From: Eledone cirrhosa
Taxonomy: Eukaryota
NCBI GenBank assembly: GCA_964016885.1
Contig: OZ024740.1
Coordinates: forward strand, 278,318,001 to 278,382,000
Direction of reading: 5' to 3'
DNA length: 64,000 nt
Position numbers and translations under genes: made by a program. Shown piece after piece: positions 38,582 to 50,900 of the stretch. The notes under the pieces were generated by a model. It saw only the letters and a program-made list of their open reading frames with translations. It had not been told where the DNA came from and made no database searches. Every line of letters begins with the position of its first letter. Within the stretch, counting starts at the first letter, position 1.

Positions 38582-38975
38582 AGTACGTTCGTTTAGAATT
38601 ATAAATATTGTGATGTTTGCATTTGGATATATTTTCGTATTCTTTGTCTTTCATATCTGTTTACTTACCCAAACTGCGTTTAAAGTTAGTCCTACCGTGT
38701 TACATCCCATCTTTCTGCTTTTATTATTATATGTACGTAAGTATTTTTCCTCGGTGTTGGGAAATCTGCATAGAGCCCAGAGTTTACTAATTTTGAATTG
38801 GTATTATTAACCGTCTGATAATATAACCTATTAAAAATCTCATTACTATTGTATCCTTTAGTCCACCATGAACTTTTAGCATTACTTTTATGGTAATTAT
38901 GATATTCTTATCTTCTATTAACTTCTGATATTATCAAACCTGATATTGTTATAAGCTATATTAATATATATATAT

Positions 38976-39057
<82 letters not shown>

Positions 39058-39136
39058 TGTATGTATGTATGTATGTATGTATGTATGTATGTATGTATGT
39101 GTGTGCGTGTGTGTGTTTATGTATATATATATGTAT

Positions 39137-39188
<52 letters not shown>

Positions 39189-39547
39189 GTACGTATGTAT
39201 ATACATTGTAAAGGATACAAAGGAAGAAGTCGGGAGATTAAAGGAAGACAGAAAATAATTCTATACTAAAATTTAACATCAGAATAATTCAAATACGACT
39301 CCATTTCTAAATATAAACTTCCAGATTGGAAAGAAAACAGATGCACCGTGTCCGAGTATAGTACGGAGATAAATGTATATATATATATATACATACATAT
39401 ATATTAGAAAGTGAGGTTTTTTTTACAAAATGAAAAATATGTGTCCTACACGTGTCCTACACGAGTGAGAGTATAAACGAAAAGAGATGAAATCGAAAAT
39501 GCAACTGGAGTCTTATTTTTTTTTTAAATATATATATTTATTTGGTT

Positions 39548-39585
39548 CCTTTACCGGTTTCGCAGTTCTTCTGCTTTTCAAAAGG
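39548..39585 (-). ncRNA. Minimal type-I HHR with compensatory U3-A8 core
   Basis: CCTT-TTGAAAA-GCAG-AAGAA-CTGC-GAA-ACCGGT-A-AAGG. Confidence 0.78.
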
Positions 39586-40104
39586 TGAGTTGAGATGGAG
39601 GGTCTGTGGTTTTTCTCACATCTGGTTGGTCTCTGAATGTTACTTGTTTTATATGGAAAAAGTGGTTCGAAATGCCAGGTTTTTCGAGAAGTAATTTGAT
39701 TGGTTTGTCAATAATTATAATAAATTTCGCGCCAGTTCGCGTTACAATAGTTCTTCAAATAAGAGGGGGGGTTGTCACAGGTTGTTTTTTTCATATATGA
39801 GTGTTTGAATTTCTTTTTACTTGAAAAAAGGAGGCTCACGAAGGCTTTTTTGGGGTTGGTTATAAATGAAATTATGGCTGTCACGTGAACAAGTTTTTAT
39901 TAAATTTTTGTGCCCTTATTTGGAAATCCATTCTGTAGCCTTTTTAGAGAATTTTTTGATAAGTGAAAGATAATGGTCAAGAGAAAGGGGTGGGAGAATT
40001 GTTCTGGTTCAGTGAATATGGTTAGTTCGCTGGGGTGTCAGAATTCAGATTTTCTATTGAATAAAGAAAGTAAAGATATGTATGTTTATTTGTGTGCTTG
40101 TGTG

Positions 40105-40135
<31 letters not shown>

Positions 40136-40174
40136 TTGAATTTCTTTACTTTAAAAAAAGGTGGCTCACGAAGG

Positions 40175-40257
<83 letters not shown>

Positions 40258-40490
40258 ATAAACTCAAATAGTCTTTTACAATTAAATAGTTCAAAGAAAG
40301 GAATATTTCCCAGCCGTGTAATACAAATGAATATATGATAGGGATAAACACTGATACAAGTAAACATGTGTTCGCATTGCAAATGACCAAGTTAGCTAGA
40401 TTGAAAAATACTAATTAAAATAATACGGTTTGCCTGTCTTGATTTAAAATAATAAATCAATAAAAACAAACCTATATTGGCAATAGCCGT

Positions 40491-40567
40491 GATACCTGGA
40501 CAAATTTTAAATTTGTTTCGCAACAATTAAGTGATAGTTCCTATTCCTGTGCTCTTCTGCGGGTATC
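40491..40567 (-). ncRNA. Type-I HHR (U4A core), left arm
   Basis: GATACCCG-CAGAAGA-GCA...TGC-GAA-ACAAATTT-A-AAATTTGT-C-CAGGTATC. Confidence 0.7.
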
Positions 40568-40655
40568 CAGAAATTGGTAAGTTTCACAACACATTTCAAC
40601 AACACATTTCTCTCAGTCTTCTTAAGTATTTTGAAGTGAAACTTACTAATTTCTG

Positions 40656-40746
40656 GATACCTGCAGAAGAGCACAGGAATGGGAACTTTCACTTAATTGT
40701 TGCGAAACAAATTTAAAATTTTAAATTTAAAATTTGTCCAGGTATC
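40656..40746 (+). ncRNA. Type-I HHR (U4A core), right arm
   Basis: Stem I GATACCTG/CAGGTATC (8 bp), CAGAAGA, stem II GCA/TGC, stem III ACAAATTT/AAATTTGT, GUC triplet. Confidence 0.75.
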
Positions 40747-40911
40747 ACGGCTATTGCCTATATAGGTTTGTTTTTATTGATTTATTATTTTAAATCAAGA
40801 GAGGCAAACCGTATTATTTTAATTAGTATTTTTCAATCTAGCTAACTTGGTCATTTGCTATGCGAACACATGTATACTTGTATCAGTGTTTATCCCTATC
40901 ATATATTCATT

Positions 40912-40949
<38 letters not shown>

Positions 40950-41088
40950 AAGATTAAACAAGGTTCAATGAATAAATCAAAGAATGAGTTTTACAATAGA
41001 TTGGAAGCACTCAACAAATATGGTTTTCCGGTGTTATGAATATTAATTCAAAATATTAACAAAATAGATATTCTTGTGATCAAGTATA

Positions 41089-41151
41089 TTTTATTACACA
41101 TATTTCAGAGGTACTGAGTTAACTTCAACAGTACGTCCTCATCAGATAAAA
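41089..41151 (-). ncRNA. Minimal type-I HHR, left arm
   Basis: TTTTAT-CTGATGA-GGAcGTACTG...CAGTACcTCT-GAAA-TATGTG-TA-ATAAAA. Confidence 0.78.
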
Positions 41152-41198
41152 TAAGATGATACATGACATACCGTCAGGGTATGTCATGCATCATCTTA

Positions 41199-41261
41199 TT
41201 TTATCTGATGAGGACGTACTGTTGAAGTTAACTCAGTACCTCTGAAATATGTATAATAAAA
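41199..41261 (+). ncRNA. Minimal type-I HHR, right arm
   Basis: Mirror of 41089-41151, reading GAAA-TATGTA-TA-ATAAAA. Confidence 0.78.
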
Positions 41262-41306
41262 TATACTTGATCACAAGAATATCTATTTTGTTAATATTTT
41301 GAATTA

Positions 41307-41387
<81 letters not shown>

Positions 41388-41390
<3 letters not shown>

Positions 41391-42232
41391 GTTGCGGACG
41401 ATATTTGTTCGCAAGATTACTGAACTTGGGTCAGTTTGTTTTCATGGTTTGTTCTTTCGATCTCACTCGATAAACTCGCCATTGGCTTTGATGATGGCCT
41501 CAAGGCGGCCTCGGAACCGGCTACAGGCCTTCGTCACTGTCCCCCGACTTAGGCCCCTTAAGGCACTTGTGATCCTGGCCTTCAGATCGTCTTTCGTATT
41601 GCAGCTAGATCTATTGGTGTCTTTTTCCACTGCGCCCCACACAAAGAAGTCGAGGGGGTTGCAGTCAGGCGAGCTGGGAGGTCAGATGTCAGGTGAAGTG
41701 TGGTCAACGAAGTTCTCTGACAGCCAAGCTTGGGTCTTTCGGCTGGTATGGCAGGGCGCTGATTCTTGCTGCCACACGTACGGCCTACCTGCAGCTACCT
41801 GGTCCATCCAGAGCTTTACTACCTCGCTCAGAACGCGGATATAGCCATCGGTGTTCAGCTTGAGGCCCTCAGGGAAGAGGTGAGGTGGCATGACGTCACC
41901 TTGACTGCTGACGACACCTAAGACCAATGTTGTCGCTGGAAACTTTGTCTGCATTACTCTGAGCACGTCTTGGGATGAGACAGCGAGCCACCTGTTGTTC
42001 TGGGAGTTGATCTTCTGGTCCGTATTTGTCCTCCCGGCACGGATTCCAAGAAGAACTCCATGTCTCTTCCACAAATTTGGAGGTTCAAAATTATTCATAA
42101 TCAATTATTCTGAAAATAAATAATGGAAATATCGTCACTGTTTTTATGAAGAAGAGAGTGACAACGGAAGTAAAAAAAAATTGGCATAAAATTAGCAGTT
42201 GAAAATTGCGAACAAATATCGTCCACACCCTG
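41388..42232 (-). mobile_element. Tc1/mariner DD37D (maT-like) transposon, internally deleted
   Basis: TIRs CAGG.TG.GGACGATATTTGTTCGCAA with TA flanks; WQQESAPCH...SPDI*PPSSPDCNPLD has 37 residues between the second acidic position and the last D; deletion at GRTNT|DQKINSQN. Confidence 0.9.
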
Positions 42233-42355
42233 TATATATACACACACACACATGAATGTAGAAAGTGCGTGTAAACGCAGTTACGTAATACCAGTGGTAA
42301 AATCCCTACTTAAATATACAATTAGATTCTCTTCCAAATAATCCCTCATAGTTAG

Positions 42356-42540
42356 ATAATTGTTTCTACTTTTGCCACAACGGCAGCTATTATCCCAGTG
42401 CATTACTGGTACTTTATTTTATCGACCCCATAGGGATGAAAGGCAAAGTTAACCTCGGCGTGATTTGAACTGAAACCAAAGGGCCGAAACTCTATGCTGC
42501 AACGCATAGCGTCCGACCGTCTAACGATGCTGCCAATCAG
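42356..42540 (-). mobile_element. Nin-like SINE
   Basis: Reverse-complement core and tail. Confidence 0.85.
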
Positions 42541-43950
42541 AGTTAGGTAATGTGATGACATATTTGGGCAGCTGCTTATGATGTGGGTGACATCATCGAT
42601 ATTTACCCTCCAGAGTCTCCATCTATTATCATATCTAGGTGTTTTACCTGTATTCCTGCCTCTTTTGTGCATCAGGTATTTTGTTATTTCCTGATCTTGG
42701 GTTGCAAAAGCATATCTTTCAAATTGAGAGCCAATATACAGGTTGATGGTCCAAGACAGACTATTTTCTTATCTATATTACTCGCACTTTGAGACATCAT
42801 GCAGTTTTTCATTGAGGGAACTATTGCGATATTGTTGTACAATTTCGGGTATGAGATTTTGGTTATCGTGTAGGGAGTATTTCTCAAGGAGATCCTTCCC
42901 AACTCCCATGATCCTATCTGTCTCATGTAGACAGACTTGTTTTATAGAAATAGAAGGACATCTATGCTTGGGGGTTCGTAGATGTTTACGGAAGGAGATG
43001 ATGTGACACTCAAATGTTGTTTAGATTTATGTTATGCCTCTGCCTCTTTGTCTGCGTTTCATCAATGTTGATGTTGAAATTTCCGAGTTTTAACATCAAT
43101 GGTTTGGATTCAATCTAACATCCAGTCAAGTAGTTTAAATGTTGGTGTCAGCAAAGGTATAGCAAAAACATTGTAGGTCACTGATTTATTGTGCGATAAA
43201 GACCATACTTTTCTTATTCGGGTGTTATATTCCCTGGTTGCTCGTTCCTTGTCACAAATACCAACATGGGATATATTTTCATCTACCCCTAAGTATCAGT
43301 AGCAGTCCTCGTCGGATACTGGTGAAATAGTCAGGGCATGGATATCGATGTTGCTAGATTGGATTGTAGTTTTTATACTGGCCCAAGTCTTTTCAAGAAC
43401 ATTTAACCAAGTCAAGGGTTGCTTCATTCCATTTATATTCTTGGCATAAAGTTTCAAGTCATCCACAAAGTAGCTATGTTAAGATTGTGTTCCTGTGAAC
43501 CAATTACGTATTTTTCATATTTCATCAGCATAAACGACAAAGAGTTTATTGGCAATAATAATAGCGTCTCAGGGAAACTGTCACTTTGAAATATACCCCA
43601 GCGTTATTCTATTTTATCAGTGAAAATAGAGTCCTCCATCTCTGTATTTAACTTCAGTGGCTCTCTACGGTTCTGATAATGGTGCCTAGGATTTAGCAAA
43701 TCAAAGGGACTCTAGCAACCAAGAATGGGGAACAGAATCGAATGGTTTTCTGTAGTCTATCCAAACTAAAATCTAATTCTTCCTATGTCACCGCACTTCT
43801 GAGGTTGTTCAGCACACCCCCAAACTCCTCTCTTCCCAGATGCTTGCTCTTTTGTGATGAAATTATCTTTGTCACAATGATCCTGGAGGAATAGATTCAA
43901 ATAGGCTGTACAATTTATACATTAGGTTGTTGCATGCAAACAGTTGGTGA
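42541..43950 (-). mobile_element. Old degenerate copy of the R4/Dong-like family
   Basis: Colinear with 48700-50270 (GKTPRYDNRWRL...HIISSCP; FVDDLKLYA remnant). Confidence 0.85.
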
Positions 43951-43980
43951 TTATGTGTATGTATGTATGTATGTATGTAT

Positions 43981-44588
43981 GTCAGGTCACCAGTTGGTGC
44001 TACTGGTAACATGTATCCCAGTACAACCTGTCCCATGGTCGGGTCGTTGGCGACTAAACTGGCAACCCCACCAAGGTTTCTTGGTGAGGAGGGTGACTTT
44101 GGACATCCTGCAGGACTAAAAACAAGACCTGTCAAAGGGCAAAGGAGCTCTTAAGAGTCAATGGCCATCCAAAATCACCGGGAGAGATGACCCCTTAGCC
44201 TTTGTCAAGGCAGAATTCTAGGAGAAGGAAAACTCTGATATAACACCTGCAACTCTGATGGTATCCAATGATGTTGACTTGTTCTTCTTTTTGGTAAATA
44301 TCATCTTGGTTAAGAGAGTGGGACTGGCTTTGTGCAGTGCCTTTGCTCACTATAAAAGCTTCACGGCACAGGCATTGCTTTATATCTGGAGATCTCTCTG
44401 CACTTGTCGTCACAGGGTACCATGGCCCCAGCACTATGTGTCAATATTTGTCACAAGTGTAGTGTTTGTACCAGAGTTTTCAAGTCGCTGGCTGGACTAA
44501 AAGGTCACACTCGTTCAGTGCATCGGTAGGGGTTCTCCTATATGGATATAAAGTAGTGGCCGTACTCGAAAACGAGTTGGCAGCCACC
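43981..44588 (+). mobile_element. ~600-bp non-autonomous RTE-related element in (ATGT)n, copy 1
   Basis: 5' part homologous to 56793-57210; 3' part encodes a C2H2 remnant CSVCTRVFKSLAGLK.H and ends TACTCGAAAACGAGTTGGCAGCCACC. Confidence 0.85.
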
Positions 44589-44612
44589 ATGTATGTATGT
44601 ATGTATGTATGT

Positions 44613-45184
44613 ACAACCAGTACAACCTGTCCCATGGTCGGGTCGTTGGCGACTAAACTGGCAACCCCACCAAGGTTTCTTGGTGAGGAGGGTAACTTTG
44701 GACATCCTGCAGGACTAAAAACAAAACCTGTCAAAGGGAAAAGGACCTCTTAAGAGTCAATGGCCATCCAAAATCACCGGGAGAGATGACCCCTTAGCCT
44801 TTGTCAAGGCAGAATTCTAGAAGGAAAACTCTGATATAACACCTGCAACCCTGATGGTATCCAATGATGTTGACTTGTTCTTCTTTTTGGTAAATATCAT
44901 CTTGGTTAAGAGAGTGGGACTGGCTTTGTGCAGTGCCTTTGCTCACTATAAAAGCTTCACGGCACAGGCATTGCTTTATATCTGGTGATCTCTCTGCACT
45001 TGTCGTCACATGGTACCATGGGCCCAGCACTATGTGTCAATAATTGTTACAAGTGTAGTGTTTGTACCAGAGTTTTCAAGTCGCTGGCTGGACTAAAAAG
45101 TCACACTTGTTCAGCGCATCGGTTGGGGTTCTCCTACATGAATATAAAGTAGTGGCCGTACTCGAAAACGAGTTGGCAGCCACC
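44613..45184 (+). mobile_element. Copy 2 of the ~600-bp element, slightly 5'-truncated
   Basis: Near-identical to 44017-44588. Confidence 0.88.
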
Positions 45185-45207
45185 ATGTATGTATCTAAGT
45201 ATGTATG

Positions 45208-46500
45208 TTCTTCTGGATTTATAATTTCACAAAGTTTTACCAATATAGAGAGAGTCGGTTTCTAACATAGACACAAGACTCTCTCATTTGAATTTACACA
45301 ACATCAACTAGGTAGATATGTATGTATGCATGCATGTGTAGATATGGATGTTATTGTATGTGTGGATGTGTATGGTTTGAGTTGTATGTGTGCATGTGTA
45401 TATGCTTTGTATCTGTATATGTGTATATGCAGTTATTAGATGCAACATTTTTGTAATGTTTTACATATATTTACGTTTCCATTAATGGATTGTACTTGTA
45501 ATTTCCTAACTAGTTGTGTTCTTTCTGTTTCTGTGAAGCCTAGCTTCTCAAGATTTGTATTGAGGCAGTTACTAACATATCCCAGTGCCCCAATAATCAC
45601 AGGCATAAATCTGAAGGTGTAATCAGGGTGGAGTATGTATGTATATATGTATGTATGTATATATGTATGTATGTATGTTCTTCTGGTTTTATAATTTCAC
45701 AAATTTTTACCAATAGAGAGAGAGTCGGTTTCTAACATAGACACAAGACTCTCTCATTGGAATTTACACAACATCAACTAGGTAGATATGTATGCATGTC
45801 TGCATATGTAGATATGTATGTATGTGTGTATGTATGTATATGTTCTTCTGGTTTCACAATTTTGTTTTACCAATTATTTAGGGCGGTGAATTGGCAGTAT
45901 TGGTAGAGGGTTGAACGCTATGCTTTCTAGTATAGTTACGTTTCTTTACGGCCTGAGTTCAAATCCTGTCGAGGTTAACTTTACCTTTCATCCTTACGGG
46001 GTCGATAAAATAAAGTACCAGTAATGTACTGAGTAATTGCTGGCCTTGTGCCAAAGTTTGAAACAATTATTAGGGCGGTGGATTGGCAGTATCGGTAGAG
46101 GGTCGGACGCTATGGTTTGACGCATAGAGTTACGGCCCTTGCCATTCTGAGTTCGAATCCCGCCGAGGTTAACTTTGCCTTTCATCCTTACGGGGTCGAT
46201 AAAATAAAGTACCAGTAATGCACTGGCTAATTGCTGGCCTTGTGCCACAAGGTAGAAACAATTATTTTGTTTTACCAAAAGAGAGATAGAGCCGGTTTCT
46301 AATATAGACACAAGACTTTTTCATTGGATTTTAGATAACATCAACTAGGTAAATATGTATCTCTGCATGCGTGTATGTGTTATTGTATGTGTAGATCTGT
46401 ATATGTTGTGTTATATGTGTACATGTGCATATGTTTTGTATCTATATAAAAATATGCAGAATGTTTGGATTGTTTTACATATTTTTACAGTTCTATTACG
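45208..46500 (-). mobile_element. Three tandem 3'-end copies of the R4/Dong-like element (45208-45634, 45678-45815, 45843-46500)
   Basis: Each begins ATGT|TCTTCTGG.TT and matches 47968 onward; the third is interrupted by SINEs. Confidence 0.88.
45880..46263 (+). mobile_element. Nin-like SINE dimer bracketed by one 15-bp TSD
   Basis: ATTTTGTTTTACCAA at 45859-45873 and 46264-46278. Confidence 0.88.
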
Positions 46501-46529
46501 TATGTATATATATGTATGTATGTTTGTAT

Positions 46530-46746
46530 GCATTGCTTTATATCTGGATATCTCTCTGTACTTGTCATCACATGGTACCATGGGTCCAGCACTATGTGTC
46601 AATAATTGTCACAAGTGTAGTGTTTGTACCAGAGTTTTCAAGTCGCTGGCTGGACTAAAATGTCACACTTGTTCAGCGCATCGGTAGGGGTTCTCCTACA
46701 TGGATATAAAGTAGTGGCCATACTCGAAAACGAGTTTGCAGCCACC
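46530..46746 (+). mobile_element. 3' part of the ~600-bp RTE-related element, copy 3
   Basis: Matches 44372-44588. Confidence 0.85.
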
Positions 46747-46782
46747 GTGTATGTATATATGTATGTATGTATATATGTATGT

Positions 46783-47928
46783 CAGTCGTAGGGAAAGTTT
46801 TATGTAGGGTGCTTCTGGACCGTCTGCTGACACACATTGCAGATTGTGTTCTTCCTGAAAGTCAATCTGGTTTTCGTGCTGGACGCGGCGCTACTGATAT
46901 GATCTTCTCAGCTAGACAGCTCCAGGAGAAGTGCATGGAACAAGGTTTGGATCTGTATCCGGATTTTGTCGATCTGACAAAAGCTTTCGATACTGTTAAC
47001 AGAAATGCATTATGGAAGGTTCTCCAGAAACTTGGTTGCCCTGATACGTTCCTTGCTTTAGTTAGGTCTTTCCATGACGACATGCAGGCTTCGGTTAATG
47101 TCGGAGGTAACATGTCGGAGCCTATCTCAGTAAAAAATGGAGTGAAACAGGGGGATATTCCAGCACCGACCCTGTTTGCAATGGTTTTCTGTATTGCATT
47201 CAAGAATTGCGAGCATGGTGTTTACATCCAATATCGAACCTCAGGCAGCATATTTAACATCAGGCGCTTTGCTGCAAAGACAAAAGTATTTACATCAATC
47301 ATAAGAGACCTCTTGTATGCAGATGATTGCGATCTTGTAGCGCACACAGAGAGTGATATGCAGCACATTTTGAATGCATTTCTGACGCTTGCACTGCCCT
47401 AGGATTGACTGTCAGTCTCAAGAAAACCGTCGTCATGTACCCACCTGCCCCTGGTAAGCAGTACAGTGAACCAAATATCTATGTGTATGGTAAACGACTT
47501 GGAGTGGTTGATCAGTTTGTCTACCTGGGAAGCACTGTCAATCGATACAGCAACGTTGATAGTGAAATCTCACTTAGGATTAGGAAAGCAAGTGATGCTT
47601 TCGGAAAGCTAGAAAGGCGACTCTGGGGTCGGCGAGACATATACAAGACAAAGGTAAAGATGTACAAGGCATGTGTGCTCTCTTCTCTTCTTTATGTCTG
47701 CGAGAACTGGGCCACATATCGACACCACCTTAAGCAATTGGAGCGTTTCCATCAGATGTGTCTCAGACGGATCCATGGCGTTCACTGGAGGGACCACATC
47801 AGTGATGTCGAGATTTTGGAAAGCTCTATGTGTGACAGTATAGAAGCTCTTGTGCTTAAACAACGACTCCGTTGGAGTGCTACCTTGCCAGGATGAAACA
47901 TTCTAGAATACCAAAACAACTCATCATC
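46783..47928 (+). mobile_element. RTE (BovB-like) RT fragment
   Basis: LPESQSGFRAGRG, FVDLTKAFDTV, GVKQGD, LLYADD, FVYLGS, RLRW. Confidence 0.92.
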
Positions 47929-47967
47929 ATGTATGTATGTATGTATGTATGTATGTATGTATGTACG

Positions 47968-50900
47968 TTCTTCTGGTTTTATCATTTCACAAAGTTTTAC
48001 CAATAGAGAGAGAGTCGGTTTCTAATATAGACACAAGACTCTCATTGGAATTTACACATCAACTAGGTAGATATGTATGTATGCATGTGTAGATATGGAT
48101 GTTATTGTATGTGTGGATGTGTATGTTTTGAATTGTATGTGTGCATGTTTATATGCTTTGTATCTGTACATGTGTATATGCAGTTATTAGATGCAACATT
48201 TTTGGAATGTTTTACATATTTTTACTGTTCCATTAATGGATTGTACTTGTAGTTTCCTAACTAGTTGTGTTCTTTCTGTTCCTGTGAAGCCTAGCTTCTC
48301 AAGATTTGTATTGAGGCAGTTACTAACATATCCCAGTGCCCCAATAATCACAGGCATAAATCTGAAGGTGTAATCAGGGTGGAGTATCTGCAGATTTCTC
48401 ATCAGTTCTGCATAAATATTCTCCTTTTCACTAATCTTTGATATTATATTGGCATCTGCTGGGCAGCTAATTTCCACTACTGTGCATGTTTTCTTCTCCC
48501 TGTCCCATATTATAATATCTGGTCTGTTATGCCTGCATTTTATTGGGGCTTTTACTGGAACATTCCACCACTACTTTTTCATATTATGTACATGGATGTC
48601 TTCCACATTGTTGTAGCTTTTAATATGTTTATTATCGGGGGTATCTTTTTTACGAACTGCATCGTACAGTGTTTTGGCTACTACATCATGCCTCATAGGT
48701 AGATAGTACCGCGATGACATCTTTGGGCAGCTGCTGATGACATGGGTGATATCCTCGATGTTAGTTCTGCAGAGTCTGCACTTGTTATCACATCTAGGTG
48801 TTTTGCCTGCATCCCTATCTCTTTTGTGAATCAGGTATTTCGTGCTAATCTCCTGTTCTTGGATTGCAAAAGCGTATCCTTCAAAGTGGGAGCCAATATA
48901 GCGGTTGTTGGTCCAAGATAGACTACTTTCCTTATCTATATTACTCTCACTCTGGAGCTTCCTGGCAACATATCCATGCATGATTTTTTGCTGATAAGCA
49001 TGCAGTTTTTCATCCATGGATTCACTGCTATACTGCTGAGCGACATCCCTGGGTGTGAGTTTTTTTATTATTACACAGGGAATATCTCTCAAGGAGTTCC
49101 TTCCCAACTCTCATGATCTTATCTGTTTCATGCAGATAGACTTGCTCGAGAAGCGGGCTCCTGCGCTTCGAGGTTCGTAGATGTTGTCGGAGAGATATGA
49201 TGCGACATTCAAATGTTGTCTGGACTGATGTTAGGCCTCTGCCTCCCTGCTTACCTTTCAAGTAAAGGCGGTCTTTGTCACTGTTGATGTGGAAGTTTCC
49301 GGTGTTGTTCAGTATTTTTCGAGTTCCAACATTAACTGCTCGGATTTCGTCTATCGTCCAATTGAGTATTCCAAACGTTGGTGTTAGGACAGGCACAGCA
49401 AACACATTGTGAGCCACTGTTTTGTTTTGCGCAGAGAGTTCCGATGACCAGATCTTTCTTAATCGGGTGTAGTATTCCCTGGTTACGCGTTCTTTATTAC
49501 AGATACCATTTTTAGGTTATCTTCTCATCTATCCCCAGTTATCTGTAGCAGTCCTCAGCAGATATCGGTGAAACAGTTAGACCATTGATGACAATGTTGC
49601 TAGATTGGGTTGTTGTTTTTCCCCGCTTTGCAGTCATGTATGAGCATTTATCTTGGCCAAACTCCATTCCTATATCCTTTGAGAACGTTGTAACCAGGTC
49701 AAAACTTTTCTTCATCCCATCCATGTTCTTGGCATAGAGTTTCAGATCGTCCACAAAGAAGTTATGGGTTAGGTTCGTATTTTTGTCCTCCTGTGAGGAA
49801 ATGATGTATCCCTCACATTTCTTGAGCAGAAAGGACAAGGGGTTTAATGACAAGATAAACAATATCACAGAGAGACTGTCCCCCTGAAATATACCCCTGC
49901 AATATTTTATTTTATCTGTCTTTAACCTTAGGATAGTAGCCCAAGAAGAAGACAGCCTCTCTATGGCTCTGACAATAATGTCTGGGACTTTAGCAAGTTG
50001 GAGGGCCTCTATCGTCCAAGAGTGGGGAACAGAATCGAAAGCTTTCTTGTAGTCCAGCCAGACTGTAGTCATATTCCTCCTAAGTTGTCGCACCTCCGAC
50101 ATCGCAGTTTTGTTGATTAGGAGTTGTTCAGCACATCCCCAAACCCTTTTCTTTCCAGCTGCTTGTTCATCTGTGATGATGTTATTATTTTCACAGTGAT
50201 CTTGGAGGAATAGGTTCAGGCAGGCTGTATACATCTTATACATCAGGTTCTGGCATGCAATGGGTCGGTAGTTTTTTGCCAAGTGGGTGTCTTTGTTCTT
50301 GGGGACCAGTAACGTTTGTGCTAATGTCAACCATTCTGGTATAAGTGTATCTCTCTTAAGAACTTGTTGGCAGAGGTCAGTAAGATACCTCCGATAGAAT
50401 ATTAGTTTTTGTATCAGTAGCCGACAATCATGTCTCTTCCTGGTGTTTTCTTATCTTGGAGTTTTCCTATCACAGTCTCAAGGGTACCCTCACTTATTTT
50501 GTATGTTTTTGTTGTAGTGTAGGAGCAATAGTTCTTTCGGATTTCTCTTAGCCACACTGCATCTTGGTTGAAATTCTTCTTTTCACCCCATATTTTTCTC
50601 CAAAAGGAATCTATGTCTTTCTGGGAAGGGGCCTCAGTGACACTTATTATTTTGCCCTTCATATCTCTATAGACTGATGTTTGGTTTCGTCTGAATGTCT
50701 TATTAAGCATTTTTCTCTATCTACCTTCTTCAGGTATCGTATCGGCGTTTTTCGCTAACAGCTCTCAATTCTTGTTTGAGGGTGATCAGCTTATATTGGA
50801 GAGTTCTGGTTCTACTGTTACAAAACATCGTCTCTATTTTATTTTTCACTCTTTGTTGGTGAGGAGTGAGGTTTTTTGTGTTTGTTTGCATGTAAGGAGC

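Larger units (their letters stand above)
40321..40916. mobile_element. Large fold-back element (~270-bp arms) with an HHR in each arm
   Basis: ATACAAATGAATATATGATAGGG... / ...CCCTATCATATATTCATTTGTAT; ~48-nt spacer; near (TA)n(GA)n on the left and abutting (TA)n on the right. Confidence 0.9.
40948..41309. mobile_element. Fold-back HHR element (arms 41041-41309) plus unique tail, within (TA)n
   Basis: ~130-bp near-perfect arms centred at ~41175; tail motif GAAGCACTC at 41004-41012. Confidence 0.9.

Noticed and set aside
43981-44160. HDV-like ribozyme at the RTE-type 5' end
   Set aside because: Could not place P1/P3/P1.1 by eye; reported only as a structured RNA.
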